64,000 nt of DNA, taken from NCBI GenBank assembly GCA_963797095.1, contig CAWCNY010000006.1, positions 544,001 to 608,000 on the forward strand, given 5' to 3'. Below the pieces are notes generated by a model. That model did no database searches and was not told the origin of the DNA. It saw only the letters and a list, made by a program, of their open reading frames with translations. This document shows, piece by piece, positions 50,090 through 60,533 of the stretch. This DNA comes from an uncultured Chloroflexia bacterium (GTDB lineage Bacteria > Chloroflexota > Chloroflexia > QHBQ01 > JADMIH01). A program made the translations under genes and the position numbers. The stretch's first letter is position 1, and each line of letters starts with the position of its first letter.

Positions 50090-52198
50090 ATGAAGTTCAA
50101 GATTAGCAGGGGCGCGAAAACAGGAGGTACCCTTGCCACGATTCTGCTCGCGGCTGTGACCGTGCTGAATGCTGTGCCTGCGGCTGCCGTTGATTTCGCT
50201 CACTCCGCGTTCAGGCGGGTCTGGGACCGCACCGACTCGCTGGTAGCTTCGGGCCAGGTGAGCCGCACGTGGTTCTGGGGGCCTGAGCCGAGGGCCGCTG
50301 CCCAGGAACAGTATGTTGATGCGCCGGGCGGCACACAGACCCGTCTCGTGCAGTATTTCGATAAGAGCAGGATGGAGATCAACGACCCCAACGCCGACCC
50401 CAACGCCACCTTCTTTGTGACTAACGGCCTGCTGACTATCGAATTGATCTCCGGGCAGATGCAGATAGGCGATAACGCCTTTGTGGACAGGTATTCGGCG
50501 GAGATACCGATCTCCGGCGATTCGGACGACACTCAAGCGCCCACCTATGCGTCCTTCCTGGCGGTATCGAACACCCGCAAGGGCGATCACCCGCAGCCTA
50601 ACCGTGTCGGACAGTTTGCTACCAGCACGATCAATAAAGCAGGGCAGGTGGGCGACGATCCCACGAAGGCCGACGTGCCGGGCACCAAGATCGCCTACTT
50701 TGAGCCGACCACCCAGCACAACATCCCTGACCGCTTCTGGGGATTCCTGAACGCATCAGGTCCTGTGAGCGAGACCGGGCAGATCGTCAATAAGCGCCTG
50801 ATCGACCCGTGGTTCTACGCTTCCGGACTGCCTATCTCCGATGCGTATTGGAGCAAGGTCAAGATTCAGGGCGTGCTCACCGATGTGATGATCCAGGCTT
50901 TTGAGCGCAGGGTGCTGACCTATGTGCCGACCAACCCGCCCGGGTTTGAGGTAGAGATGGGCAACATAGGCCTGCACTATTACGACTGGCGCTACAAAGA
51001 TGCGGGCAAACCCACAGGCACGCCAAGCGTGGAAGTCACGACCACAGTAACCGGCACGCTCACCGTTGCACCTACTACCACGCCTCCAAATGCGGGCACG
51101 GACACTCCAACGGTGACGGGCACGCCACCGACCGCTACTCCTACCGGCACGCTGCCGACCGGCACTCCAACGGTGACGGGCACACCTCCCACCAACACAC
51201 CGACGGTGACGCCGACTATCAACGTTGTAACCCAGGGCGCGGTAGTGTTTGAGTCTGATAGGTCGGGCAACAAGGAGATATGGCGGATCAGGGGCGACGG
51301 TACGCTTCCAACGCAACTGACCAATAACTCGGCGGACGACGATTGGCCCGTATACTCGCCCGACTATACGAAGATCGCATTCGTGTCGAAACGCGATGGC
51401 AACGAAGAGATTTACGTGATGAACTCCGATGGATCGGGCGCGACCAGGCTTACCAATGACCCGGCCTCGGATACGCAGCCAACATGGTCGCCCGACGGCA
51501 CGAAGATAGCCTTCGTGTCTACGAGAGGGAATATCGCAGAGGATATCTTTGTGATGAACTCGAACGGTACAGGCGTAACCAACATCACGCAGGTCGCGGG
51601 CAGGGATACAGAGCCGTCCTGGGGGGCCAATAACCGAATAGCCTTTACATCCAACAGGTCGGGTGCTAACCAGATTTACACGGTGAACCCTGATGGTAGC
51701 GGCTTGTTTGGACCTTTGACCACATCTGGTCAAAACTACGCGCCCAAGTGGAATACACTGGGCAACAGGCTCGTGTTCATATCGGATCGTGATGGGAACC
51801 CTGAGATATACACCATGCGCCCTGGGGGCGAGGAGCAGTTCAGGCTGACCAATGATCCGGGCATCGATACATCTCCTGCCTACGCGCCGAACAACAGCAA
51901 GATCGTCTTCTCGTCCAACCGGCTTTCCTCCGATAACTACGAGTTGTATACGATGAATGTGGACGGCACCTCGCAGGAGAGAATCACGATCCAGGCTGGG
52001 GTTGATGATCACCCGGACTGGGGCGTGCTGCTGATAGGGTCTCAACCCCCGGGAGAGCCGACGTCTACTTCAACCCCAACTGCCACAATTACGCCGTCCC
52101 CGACGGAAACGCCTCCACAGCAAGGAGTGCCCGGATTTAAATCAAGATCCGGATTCGCGGACGTACGATCTGGTTCTAAAACAAAATTGGCGGCTTAG
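50090..52198 (+). CDS. Secreted protein: conserved N-terminal domain, Thr/Pro linker and TolB-like (PD40) beta-propeller
   Basis: Signal peptide, RTWFWGP/VQYFDKSRMEI domain and six WSPDG.KIAF.S.RDGN.EIY.M-type repeats. Confidence 0.88.
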   Translation: MKFKISRGAKTGGTLATILLAAVTVLNAVPAAAVDFAHSAFRRVWDRTDSLVASGQVSRTWFWGPEPRAAAQEQYVDAPGGTQTRLVQYFDKSRMEINDPNADPNATFFVTNGLLTIELISGQMQIGDNAFVDRYSAEIPISGDSDDTQAPTYASFLAVSNTRKGDHPQPNRVGQFATSTINKAGQVGDDPTKADVPGTKIAYFEPTTQHNIPDRFWGFLNASGPVSETGQIVNKRLIDPWFYASGLPISDAYWSKVKIQGVLTDVMIQAFERRVLTYVPTNPPGFEVEMGNIGLHYYDWRYKDAGKPTGTPSVEVTTTVTGTLTVAPTTTPPNAGTDTPTVTGTPPTATPTGTLPTGTPTVTGTPPTNTPTVTPTINVVTQGAVVFESDRSGNKEIWRIRGDGTLPTQLTNNSADDDWPVYSPDYTKIAFVSKRDGNEEIYVMNSDGSGATRLTNDPASDTQPTWSPDGTKIAFVSTRGNIAEDIFVMNSNGTGVTNITQVAGRDTEPSWGANNRIAFTSNRSGANQIYTVNPDGSGLFGPLTTSGQNYAPKWNTLGNRLVFISDRDGNPEIYTMRPGGEEQFRLTNDPGIDTSPAYAPNNSKIVFSSNRLSSDNYELYTMNVDGTSQERITIQAGVDDHPDWGVLLIGSQPPGEPTSTSTPTATITPSPTETPPQQGVPGFKSRSGFADVRSGSKTKLAA

Positions 52199-52219
52199 CC
52201 GCCAATTTTGTTTTAGAAC
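52173..52219. terminator. Perfect 22-bp inverted repeat, terminator-like
   Basis: gttctaaaacaaaattggcggc-tta-gccgccaattttgttttagaac. Confidence 0.8.
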
Positions 52220-52370
52220 TCTCCTCCTCCAAACTTGCATGTAAATGTGCAATATTACTCCTAAAGCCGCATCCTTTGGGCGTCGCCAGCGTATAAACTG
52301 TAGCTATGGAAATCACTGCGCGCCTTGAGGCTGCCGGGCGTGGCGACTCGGTAGGGAGGTTATCGGAAGC

Positions 52371-53753
52371 ATGATTCAAGACCTGGAAGAAGTGCAGGTA
52401 GAGCATGGTCTTGCGCCTGCGGAAGCGATCGTCACGGCTGAGGCAGGGGGCGCAGAGAAGCGGGTCACATTTATTGACGTGCTACGGGCCGCGGATTTCC
52501 GCAACCTGTGGCTGGGGCAGATCGTATCGCAGGTGGGCGATTATTTCGCGTTCCTGGCAATGACAGTCGTGGTTAGTGGGCTTTCCCAGGATGCGCAGGC
52601 TACCACCCTCGCCGTATCGGGGATGATGCTTTCGTTCACTTTGCCACGGCTGCTTCTTGGAATGCTGGCCGGGGTGTTCGTGGATAGGTGGGACCGCAGG
52701 CGCACGATGCTGGTGTCGGATATATCTAGGGCAGGGATTACATTGCTGCTGATCCCTGCTTTTATTAGCGGGAACCTGTGGTTCATATACGGGCTTGCTT
52801 TCATAATGTCGTCGATGGGGACGTTATTCAATCCCGCCAAGGGTGCGCTGATCCCCAGGTTGGTGCCGGACGAGCAGCTATTGGCCGCCAACTCGCTATC
52901 CCAGACCTCCCAGATGCTTGCTGTTCTGGGTGGGCCTGCGCTGGCAGGCTTAACGCTGAAGGTAGCGGGCACGGGGAACGAGTGGGTAGCGTTCATAGTG
53001 GACTCGGCGTCGTTTGTGATTTCGGCGTTCACGATATGGCTCATACGCACAAGTGGCCGTCCCACAGAAGTAGCACAACGTGCGCACAGCGGGCTTGAGC
53101 CTTTGCACTCTCAAGGCCCCGCGCTGGGGCAGGTGTGGCGGGAGTTGAAGGAGGGTTTGAGGACGCTGGTGGTAAGCAGGGTAATGGCCTCGCTGTCGAC
53201 TGTGTTCGCGATCACGATGCTTGGCGTAGGGGCGATCAATGTACTGTGGGTGGTGTTTCTGAAGACGCATTTTGGATTTGATGGGCCGGAGCTGGCCTGG
53301 CGGTTAAGCCTGCTAGATATTGCATTCGCGGCGGGGATGATAGTGTCCAGCGTGATCGCGGGCAACTTCTTCTCCAGCACATCGCCCAAGTGGTATATAG
53401 TGGTGAGCTTGATCGGGGCCGGGGTGCCGATAGTGATATTTGGATATGTGCCCAACTACTGGCTGGCTTTCATATTATCGGCGCTGATGGGGTTTTTTGT
53501 TGCTCCGATCGATACGGGGGTGACCACGTTTATGCAGATCGTAGTGCCAAACCGGCTGCTTGGGCGTGTTGGAGGTGGATTCACGACCGTGTCAGACACG
53601 GCAAGTGTGGCCTCTATGAGCCTGGCGGGGGTGGCGGGTGCTCTCCTGGGGATCCCCACTGTATTTGCCCTGGCCGGGGTACTGTGTATCGCTATGGGCA
53701 CCGCATCGTGGATGCTTTTGCCCGCTCTTACACTGAAAGATAAGGTGGAGTAA
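52371..53753 (+). CDS. MFS transporter (DHA3/MefA-like)
   Basis: DFRNLWLGQ.VS..GD, AGVFVDRWDRRRTM.VSD and LLGRV motifs. Confidence 0.9.
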   Translation: MIQDLEEVQVEHGLAPAEAIVTAEAGGAEKRVTFIDVLRAADFRNLWLGQIVSQVGDYFAFLAMTVVVSGLSQDAQATTLAVSGMMLSFTLPRLLLGMLAGVFVDRWDRRRTMLVSDISRAGITLLLIPAFISGNLWFIYGLAFIMSSMGTLFNPAKGALIPRLVPDEQLLAANSLSQTSQMLAVLGGPALAGLTLKVAGTGNEWVAFIVDSASFVISAFTIWLIRTSGRPTEVAQRAHSGLEPLHSQGPALGQVWRELKEGLRTLVVSRVMASLSTVFAITMLGVGAINVLWVVFLKTHFGFDGPELAWRLSLLDIAFAAGMIVSSVIAGNFFSSTSPKWYIVVSLIGAGVPIVIFGYVPNYWLAFILSALMGFFVAPIDTGVTTFMQIVVPNRLLGRVGGGFTTVSDTASVASMSLAGVAGALLGIPTVFALAGVLCIAMGTASWMLLPALTLKDKVE

Positions 53754-53764
53754 GCTTCTCTGTC

Positions 53765-55195
53765 TCAGGGGGTGAGGCGTTTCAGGCTCTCAGTGAAGAG
53801 GGTGTCGCTGGGGTTAAGGGATGCGGCTTTTTGGAGGTCGGCAAGGGCCTCGGCATCGTGGTTGCCGGAGAGATAGTAAGCCCAGCCTTGCAGGAAATAG
53901 GCAGGAGCCAGGTCAGGCTCGGCTTCTAGCGCTAGAGTGGTGGTGCTGGTGATATAGGAAACGAGAGAGTCTGCGTTGCCTTCGGCGGGAGTGCCCTTGA
54001 TCAGGGGAGATTGATCGGAGCGGGACATAACCTGGTCAATAGGGAATGGGCGAAGCACGTTGACAGCAGCCGGATAATCACCGTAAAAGATGTTGGTCAG
54101 GAGTGGGTAGTTGCTTTCCCGCACATGCTCCCTGCGGGCGTCGGCATGCAGCTTGATCAACACGCGATTCCACTTGACGGTATTGTTGGTAGAGTCAAGC
54201 GCTGCTGCTTGTTCGATTTCGGTGAGCGCATCCTTCATCAGCTCATGCGTGAATAACTCAACGGCCCTGTTATTGAGCGTTTTCAGTTCGGTCGGAGTGT
54301 CCTCAGGTAGATCCTGGGCCTGAACCGAGGCCAACTCCTTTCCATCCCAGCGCAGCACGCTGAAATTGATCTTCCTGACCCCGCAGGCGTAGCAGAAGAC
54401 GTAATTGTCAGAGGCGTTCAGCACTACCTCACCTTTGCCGTCGCCGTCAAGGTCCTCGACAGTGCCCGCGCCAGGGCCGGAAGAGCAGCCCGATACTTCG
54501 TTGCTGAGGCGCTTACCGTCGAAGCTGATCAGGTCGAAGCAGCCACCGTGCGCGCCGATGCCGCTATCAACGGTGAGCCATGCGTGGGAAGGCTCTATAT
54601 CGGCCTGCATGATCGAGCTTGCGCTCATGTAGTCGGGGTTGTCAAGGGCGATACGGCTGACTTCCTCCCAGGTGTTGTTTTCGTGCTTGAAGGCTATCAC
54701 GAAATGTTGCTGGACGAGATTATCGAGCCTGCGGCTGCCGGTGCTGTATGCCAGCCAGTATTCGCCATTGATAGGCACACCGTGCAACCGTAATACGCTT
54801 ATGCCGTCTATACCGGCGAACGGGGATAGGCCATTGGCATCGGGTGTGGAGGTTGGATCGACGCCCGCGATGGCTGTGGCTTGCAGTTGCGCTACCATGG
54901 TGGCCGTGATAGCTTGGCCGGGGGGAACACTGGGGGTTGGTATCTTGATTGAACCTTGCACGGTCGCACTCGGCGTGGAAGGCGCAGAATCGACGGTGAG
55001 CGTGCTGGAAACCGGCTCACCGGAATTCCCGCCACCATCAGGGGGGCTGGTAATGGCAACCGGTGCAGGTGATGTAGCTGTGCTTTGCGGCAGAATAGGA
55101 GCGGGAGTAGGGCTAGGTGGCTGAACTGTGTTCGAATTGCACCCAGTAAGAGCGATAAATATAACGGCACAAAGCAACAGCCGAAGGTGTCTCAT
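53765..55195 (-). CDS. Lipoprotein with a DxDGDG motif and C-terminal TPR-like helices
   Basis: Lipobox LTGC, P/T/S linker, DLDGDGKGE, FCYACG and AYFLQGWAYY...A.ADLQKA..LNP. Confidence 0.75.
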   Translation of the reverse strand: MRHLRLLLCAVIFIALTGCNSNTVQPPSPTPAPILPQSTATSPAPVAITSPPDGGGNSGEPVSSTLTVDSAPSTPSATVQGSIKIPTPSVPPGQAITATMVAQLQATAIAGVDPTSTPDANGLSPFAGIDGISVLRLHGVPINGEYWLAYSTGSRRLDNLVQQHFVIAFKHENNTWEEVSRIALDNPDYMSASSIMQADIEPSHAWLTVDSGIGAHGGCFDLISFDGKRLSNEVSGCSSGPGAGTVEDLDGDGKGEVVLNASDNYVFCYACGVRKINFSVLRWDGKELASVQAQDLPEDTPTELKTLNNRAVELFTHELMKDALTEIEQAAALDSTNNTVKWNRVLIKLHADARREHVRESNYPLLTNIFYGDYPAAVNVLRPFPIDQVMSRSDQSPLIKGTPAEGNADSLVSYITSTTTLALEAEPDLAPAYFLQGWAYYLSGNHDAEALADLQKAASLNPSDTLFTESLKRLTP

Positions 55196-55355
55196 AAGGT
55201 AAATCTTCCTCTAGACGCACCTATAAGCAGGCGTAAATGGCAAGCGACACTGCAACTTGACTATTGTACACCAATTGTCCGCGTGCGGGTAGGGGAAAAT
55301 AGTCCCAACTGTGCTGAATCAGGCGCAAATACTCCCAATTCAGCAAGGAACCGGA

Positions 55356-56393
55356 TTACCGGCCAGGCAGGAAGGCAAGACCGTTGGGGCTGTTACCGAC
55401 CGGAATAGTACTTAACACCTTCTGAGATGTTGTGTCGATAACTGTCACCGTGTTGTCGTTGGTGTTGGTGACATAGAGCTTGCCGGACGGGGTCACTACG
55501 GTACCGTGGGTGCCCCGGCCCGCAGGGATGCGCGTAACGAGTGCCTTGGTATTGGGGTCGATGAGCCATATCTCAGCTGAGCCTGTGTTAGCTACCCACA
55601 ATTTACTAGTATCGCCGGAGCCATCTATTGAGAGCATAGCGGGCTGCTTACCGCTCCTGATATAGCCGGTCGTCTTGAAGGTGGTGAGATCAACAATGCC
55701 AATGGAATCGCCGAGGAAATTGCTGACGTAGGCTGTTTTGCTGTCGTTGCTGGCCACTACTTCGAAGGGATCCATGCCGGTCTTGATTGTGCTGGCGACC
55801 TGGAAATCGGGTTGCAAGGAGAAGACCGAGAGGGTGTTGTCGGCGGTGTTGGTGATCAGCAAGTAGGAGCCGTCCGGGGTGACGCGCACGCCGTGAGGGG
55901 TCTTACCGACGGGAACGGTGTTGAGCATCTTATGAGCTCCCACGTCTATGATTGCGACCGAATCGCTATTGCCGAGTGACACATAGAGGCGCTTGCCATC
56001 CGGGCTGAAGTTGAGATCGTCGTTGGGAGCCCCCACGTCTACTTTGGTCACTTCCTTGAGGGTGGTGGCGTCGAACACCTGGAGATAGCTCTCGCCGTAG
56101 AGAGTGACCCAGAACTCTTTGCCGTCGGGGGTGCCCTGCACATGATGAGGCTGCGAGTCGGTGCCGATTGCGGCGAAGGACTGGTCGGTGGCTACATCAA
56201 TGACACTGATGGTGTTAGCGGCCTGGTTGGCGATGAAGACGCGGCCCTGTGGCGAAGGTTGGGACTCGATGGCCGATTGGGCTGCTGAAGGCTCATCGTC
56301 GCCACAGGAAGCGAGAAGGATGGAGGAGATGATGAGAATAGCGATTATCAGGAGGTTGCGGGATTTTCTTTTCATAGGTTGTCCTTTGCTCAT
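55356..56393 (-). CDS. YVTN/YncE-type beta-propeller lipoprotein
   Basis: Lipobox LASC and repeated YV.N...NTV.VID / VG..P.G repeats. Confidence 0.88.
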   Translation of the reverse strand: MSKGQPMKRKSRNLLIIAILIISSILLASCGDDEPSAAQSAIESQPSPQGRVFIANQAANTISVIDVATDQSFAAIGTDSQPHHVQGTPDGKEFWVTLYGESYLQVFDATTLKEVTKVDVGAPNDDLNFSPDGKRLYVSLGNSDSVAIIDVGAHKMLNTVPVGKTPHGVRVTPDGSYLLITNTADNTLSVFSLQPDFQVASTIKTGMDPFEVVASNDSKTAYVSNFLGDSIGIVDLTTFKTTGYIRSGKQPAMLSIDGSGDTSKLWVANTGSAEIWLIDPNTKALVTRIPAGRGTHGTVVTPSGKLYVTNTNDNTVTVIDTTSQKVLSTIPVGNSPNGLAFLPGR

Positions 56394-56402
56394 AATAATA
56401 GA

Positions 56403-57935
56403 TCAGGGTCCGCGCCATGCGAGGCCGCCGTGCGCTGTGCCGTCATGGACCCTGTTGGGCATCCCGACCGGATTACCGTTTGCATCTATCGAGAGAGTAT
56501 AGAGGCCGGTTGTGCCCATAAAAGCGATGGTAGAGTTGTCCATCCAGACGGGATAAGGTTGATCCTCGTCCATAGTTGTGAGGCGGGTGGGCTGGCCGCC
56601 TTCAGCAGAGACGAGGAAGAGGTCCCAGGGAAGACCGTGGCCAGAGGCTTGCCTGGGCGTGATGCCGAGCCATGAGAAGAGATCGAGATCGCCGCCGGGA
56701 TTGGGGTTGGGGGTAGGAGTATGGAAAGGTACAGTAGTAGGGAATGGGTCCTTGCCGATAGGCGGGACGTTGACGGCGGAGAACGCTACCCACTTACCGT
56801 TGGGCGAGGCGGCGGGCGCGTACATCAACTGGAACGTGTTTTCATCAACCAGCATGGTGCGGGTTTGGCCGTCTGCTTTGGCGCGCACCATGCGCTGCAA
56901 AGGAGCGATAAGCCCTTCAGAGTCGTCTGTGGAAGGCACGTATTCGAGAAAGACGGTATCTCCGGTTGTGCCCACCGAGGCAGGCATCTCTGACGAGGGC
57001 ATCCACTGCTCGCGCGCCCCGGTTGCCAATTCTACTCGTTGAATCTGCACGCTGGCGCCAAGAGACGCCGAGGTGGCGGTTATGGGCGCGGTGGCCGAGG
57101 TGTCCGAAGTGAAATAGAGGTACTTACCGTCGCCCGACCATGCGGGGTCGAGCAGCAACTCGCCGTTGGTGCTTCTGACCAGCGGCTGAGGTGTGCTGCC
57201 CGGAGTGATCGACCAGATTTCGGTAACGGGAAGTTCGCCATCGGCTGCGCGGGGCGAGTAGGTGAAGGCGATGCTGGAGCCGTCGGGCGACCACCTGGGC
57301 TTGTCGGCGTACTCGTAGAACTCGGGGAAGTAAGTGAGGCGGCGCTGGCGCGAGCCATCTGTAGAAAGGAGCCAGAGATTGGAGTCCACCGGGAAAACAT
57401 ATCCGCTCGTCAGGGGCGCTCCTGATTCGGGCACAGCTTCGAGAATAGGGTCGGGCAACTCTTTCGTTTCGTCGCGCTCCTTATTATAGAGGGCGGTTAT
57501 CTGCACGCGGGCGTGATACTTGCCGGGGTCGCTGGGAACCGAGCCTCGCCATTCCCACGCAGCTATATCGAAGGTCGGTTTCATAGCCAGAGGCTCCGAT
57601 TCGGTTGTGGACGTGCCGAATCGCGCCAGGGCGTTGTTCTCGTCCAGGATCTGGAGAGCCACGCCTGAGATGATTGTGTCCTGGGAGCCTGTGGACCAGG
57701 GGATGCGCACTGTTATCCGCAAAGGGGAGTTGACTACTCCCTTCGCTACACCATCCCCTCCCTCGGTGGAGTAAGAGATAGTGATGTTGTTAGGGTCGCC
57801 AGGTGGGTCGTCGGGCCATAGCCCGAGTGCGCGCGCTCCCAGGGTAAGCCCGATCAGGAGCACCAGCGCGGCGGCGATTATTATAGGTAATCGCCGTCGC
57901 CAGGGAGAAGGTTGAGGGGTATAGATGTGCGCCAT
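56403..57935 (-). CDS. Membrane-anchored TolB-like (PD40) beta-propeller protein
   Basis: N-terminal TM, PRWSPDG..IAF, PAWSGDGKYLYF, PAASPNGKWVAF and HGLPWDL. Confidence 0.8.
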   Translation of the reverse strand: MAHIYTPQPSPWRRRLPIIIAAALVLLIGLTLGARALGLWPDDPPGDPNNITISYSTEGGDGVAKGVVNSPLRITVRIPWSTGSQDTIISGVALQILDENNALARFGTSTTESEPLAMKPTFDIAAWEWRGSVPSDPGKYHARVQITALYNKERDETKELPDPILEAVPESGAPLTSGYVFPVDSNLWLLSTDGSRQRRLTYFPEFYEYADKPRWSPDGSSIAFTYSPRAADGELPVTEIWSITPGSTPQPLVRSTNGELLLDPAWSGDGKYLYFTSDTSATAPITATSASLGASVQIQRVELATGAREQWMPSSEMPASVGTTGDTVFLEYVPSTDDSEGLIAPLQRMVRAKADGQTRTMLVDENTFQLMYAPAASPNGKWVAFSAVNVPPIGKDPFPTTVPFHTPTPNPNPGGDLDLFSWLGITPRQASGHGLPWDLFLVSAEGGQPTRLTTMDEDQPYPVWMDNSTIAFMGTTGLYTLSIDANGNPVGMPNRVHDGTAHGGLAWRGP

Positions 57936-57946
57936 ATTTTGGATAA

Positions 57947-58987
57947 TCAGGGTTTGCCTACCGCCAGGCCGTCGTATTGCTGTTGCGCCCAGGCAGCCAT
58001 GAACTTGTCCCACGGCACTTCGTATTCATACTGGCGGTTCCAGTTGGTGCTGGTGGGGCCGAGTACGTCACGGATGAGAGCGCCACGCCCGCTGTAGCCC
58101 ATCACAACGGCAGCGTGGTCGTTGCCCAGTACAGTTTCATACGTTTCGCCATCAGGCATGACCCACGTAACGGGTTTGCCCGGCTTGAAGTCGGCGGTGG
58201 TCTTGATCCAGACCAATTCACCGCGCCTGAGAGCGGCTTCGAGGTCTTCGCGAGTGTTGACCGCTGTCACATTCAGACCATAGTGCTCGAATATCTTGCG
58301 GATTACACGCCCTGTGGAGCGCGCCAGGAAGTTTTGTGTGTAATCGCCTGAGTAGTGGTTGAAAATATCACCGCCATAGACCACATAGCCGTCTGCCGTC
58401 TCCTCATAGGTAGGCTCCACGCTGGTGTCAAGGCCCACTATATCGATCTGGTCCTGGAGAGTGGCATCGATACCGTTGGTCTCGAGGACGACCCAGGCGG
58501 CATCGAACTCACATGTGTAGTGGTAGTATTGGTGCTCTTTGGTGGCAGCATCCACATATGCATCGTAGTATTTGCCGTTGACGGTTCGGCTGAAGTCCTG
58601 TTCCGGCTTTTGTGCTGCCTCGGCTGTGGGCGATGGAGGCTCTTCGGTAGGGGCAGGTGGCGGTACGGGAGTATCAGTTGGGGTTGGTATGGGGCCATCG
58701 GTAGGCGGGAGCGGGGTATCAGCCGGTGCTACTGGATCATCGGTTGGAAGCTCTTGCGTGGGAGGTGCGGAATCAGAAATCGGTGTTTCGGTGTCCGAGG
58801 CAACAGGTGCCAGCAACGCTTCGGCATTCACCGGTGTGGGTGAAGGGTCGCCGGCAAGGGAGGTTACTGCCTCTACCGGTTTGAGTATTTGCGCCAATGC
58901 GCTGCCGAAAAAGAGATAACCGAGGTAGATCCCTATCAGAACCAATATGGTCACGACGGCGAGTGCGAATCTTGGGTTGATAGCCAT
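57947..58987 (-). CDS. Peptidase C39-like protein with an N-terminal anchor and Pro/Thr linker
   Basis: Q....TCE (Cys), NDHAAVVMGY (His) and IRDVLG (Asp). Confidence 0.78.
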   Translation of the reverse strand: MAINPRFALAVVTILVLIGIYLGYLFFGSALAQILKPVEAVTSLAGDPSPTPVNAEALLAPVASDTETPISDSAPPTQELPTDDPVAPADTPLPPTDGPIPTPTDTPVPPPAPTEEPPSPTAEAAQKPEQDFSRTVNGKYYDAYVDAATKEHQYYHYTCEFDAAWVVLETNGIDATLQDQIDIVGLDTSVEPTYEETADGYVVYGGDIFNHYSGDYTQNFLARSTGRVIRKIFEHYGLNVTAVNTREDLEAALRRGELVWIKTTADFKPGKPVTWVMPDGETYETVLGNDHAAVVMGYSGRGALIRDVLGPTSTNWNRQYEYEVPWDKFMAAWAQQQYDGLAVGKP

Positions 58988-59155
58988 ACTTAACTATACC
59001 GTAAATCGTGGGCAGGCGCGTAGTGGGGCGTGTTTAACTGCAAGTAGTGTCCGGCTGCCGGGCACTGATCTGTTCTCACAAAGGTTATAGGGGGCAATAA
59101 ATAGGGGAGGGAAATGCCTCCTCTATTTTACTCTATCCATTTAGCATCTATAAGG

Positions 59156-59812
59156 TTAATCTATCGGATTGGCCTGGTTCGATCCGGATCGGAAGTGTGC
59201 CCAGTCTTCCGGGGTGTTGATGTTGCGAAAGGAGAGGAGCATGGGGTCGCGCTTTCTTATTTCATTTTCCGAAAGGTAAAGGGTATTAAGAGCGCCGAGA
59301 AGATCGGACAGTTTGAACAGCCGTTCATTGATACGGCGCTCGATAGTGGGGATTGCTGTCTTTGAGTAAATGGTGTGCAAAGGCTCCACACGCTGCTCAC
59401 TGGAGGAATCGATCCATGCAGGGGTGAGAGCGTCATAGTCTGGAGGCAGGGAGGCCATGTAGGCCAGCAAAGAGGGGTTGAGGAAAGGCATATCGCAGGC
59501 TACTATCAGCACTCGGTCATACGGTGAGTGGCGCAGGGCGGTCAGAATGCCGCCAAGAGGCCCTGCGCCTGAGATGTCATCAGGGATCGCAGGGAGATCG
59601 AGGGTATTGTACGCATCGGGACTATTTGTAATGAGGAGAGGCGCGGCGAAGCCCGCTTTACCAAGTCGCGCAATTACGATCTCGATCAGCGTAGTGCTTT
59701 CTGGGCTGAGCCGTAGCAGGGCCTTGTTGTGACCTATACGCGCGCTTGCACCTCCTGCCAGGATAGCAGCGCATATTGACCACGAAGGACGAAGGAAACT
59801 CTGGATAGTCAT
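59156..59812 (-). CDS. mobA: Molybdenum cofactor guanylyltransferase
   Basis: ILAGGAS.R.G.NKA, GPLGGI..AL, ACDMPFL, EPLH.IY and F.NINTPED motifs. Confidence 0.92.
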   Translation of the reverse strand: MTIQSFLRPSWSICAAILAGGASARIGHNKALLRLSPESTTLIEIVIARLGKAGFAAPLLITNSPDAYNTLDLPAIPDDISGAGPLGGILTALRHSPYDRVLIVACDMPFLNPSLLAYMASLPPDYDALTPAWIDSSSEQRVEPLHTIYSKTAIPTIERRINERLFKLSDLLGALNTLYLSENEIRKRDPMLLSFRNINTPEDWAHFRSGSNQANPID

Positions 59813-59815
59813 CCC

Positions 59816-59862
59816 TCGTCCTTCGTCCTTCGTCTTTCGTCCTTCGTCTTTCGTCCTTCGTC
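59816..59862. repeat. Heptamer tandem repeat (TCYTTCG)n
   Basis: cgtccttcgtccttcgtctttcgtccttcgtctttcgtccttcgtcc in the mobA/fmdE-like intergenic region. Confidence 0.85.
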
Positions 59863-59915
59863 CACCTATTGACGCTCCTTCCCGTTGATTTTATAATCCC
59901 GCAAGGGAGAGTGCA

Positions 59916-60530
59916 ATGGCTGATGTCGACGAGTTGGATGGAATAAGGGATTTGCTGAGGGCGACCGAGGCGTTGCACAACCATATTTGCCCGCGCCAGG
60001 TTATCGGGGTGCGAGTGGGGATGCTGGCTTCCCGGTTGTTTGGGATAGACTTGCCTCAGAAAGATAAGCGGTTGTTCGCATTCGTGGAGACAGACGGCTG
60101 CTTCACAGATGGGGTGGCAGTGGCGAGCGGGTGCAGGCTGGGCAGGCGCACAATGCGGTTGGTGGACTATGGGAAGGTGGCGGTCACGTTCGTTGATACG
60201 CGCAGTGGGAAAGCCGTGCGTGTGTGGCCCAACCCGTCAGCCAGAGAGCGGGCGTGGAAGTACGCACCGGACGCGCCCGATAGCTGGCATGCGCAACTGG
60301 AAGGGTATAAGCGAATGCCGACTTGCGAGTTGCTCCTTTTCGAGGAGGTACGCTTGCTGGTGCCAATAACTGAGGTCATCAGCCAACCGGGCCTGCGGGC
60401 TATATGCGCGGTGTGTGGCGAAGAGATACTGAACGGGAGGGAGGAAAGGAAGGAAGTCGAATACGGCGAAGGGCACGCGGGGCGGGTGCTGTGCAGGCAT
60501 TGTGCGCAGTTGGACAGATATTACGAGTAG
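59916..60530 (+). CDS. FmdE-family protein with a C-terminal Zn finger
   Basis: HNHICPRQVIGVR, ETDGCFTDG, DYGKVAVTF and CxxCGE...CxxC motifs. Confidence 0.88.
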   Translation: MADVDELDGIRDLLRATEALHNHICPRQVIGVRVGMLASRLFGIDLPQKDKRLFAFVETDGCFTDGVAVASGCRLGRRTMRLVDYGKVAVTFVDTRSGKAVRVWPNPSARERAWKYAPDAPDSWHAQLEGYKRMPTCELLLFEEVRLLVPITEVISQPGLRAICAVCGEEILNGREERKEVEYGEGHAGRVLCRHCAQLDRYYE

Positions 60531-60533
60531 ACT

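Noticed and set aside
50756-52045. 429-aa minus-strand ORF
   Set aside because: Antisense shadow of the PD40 protein gene.
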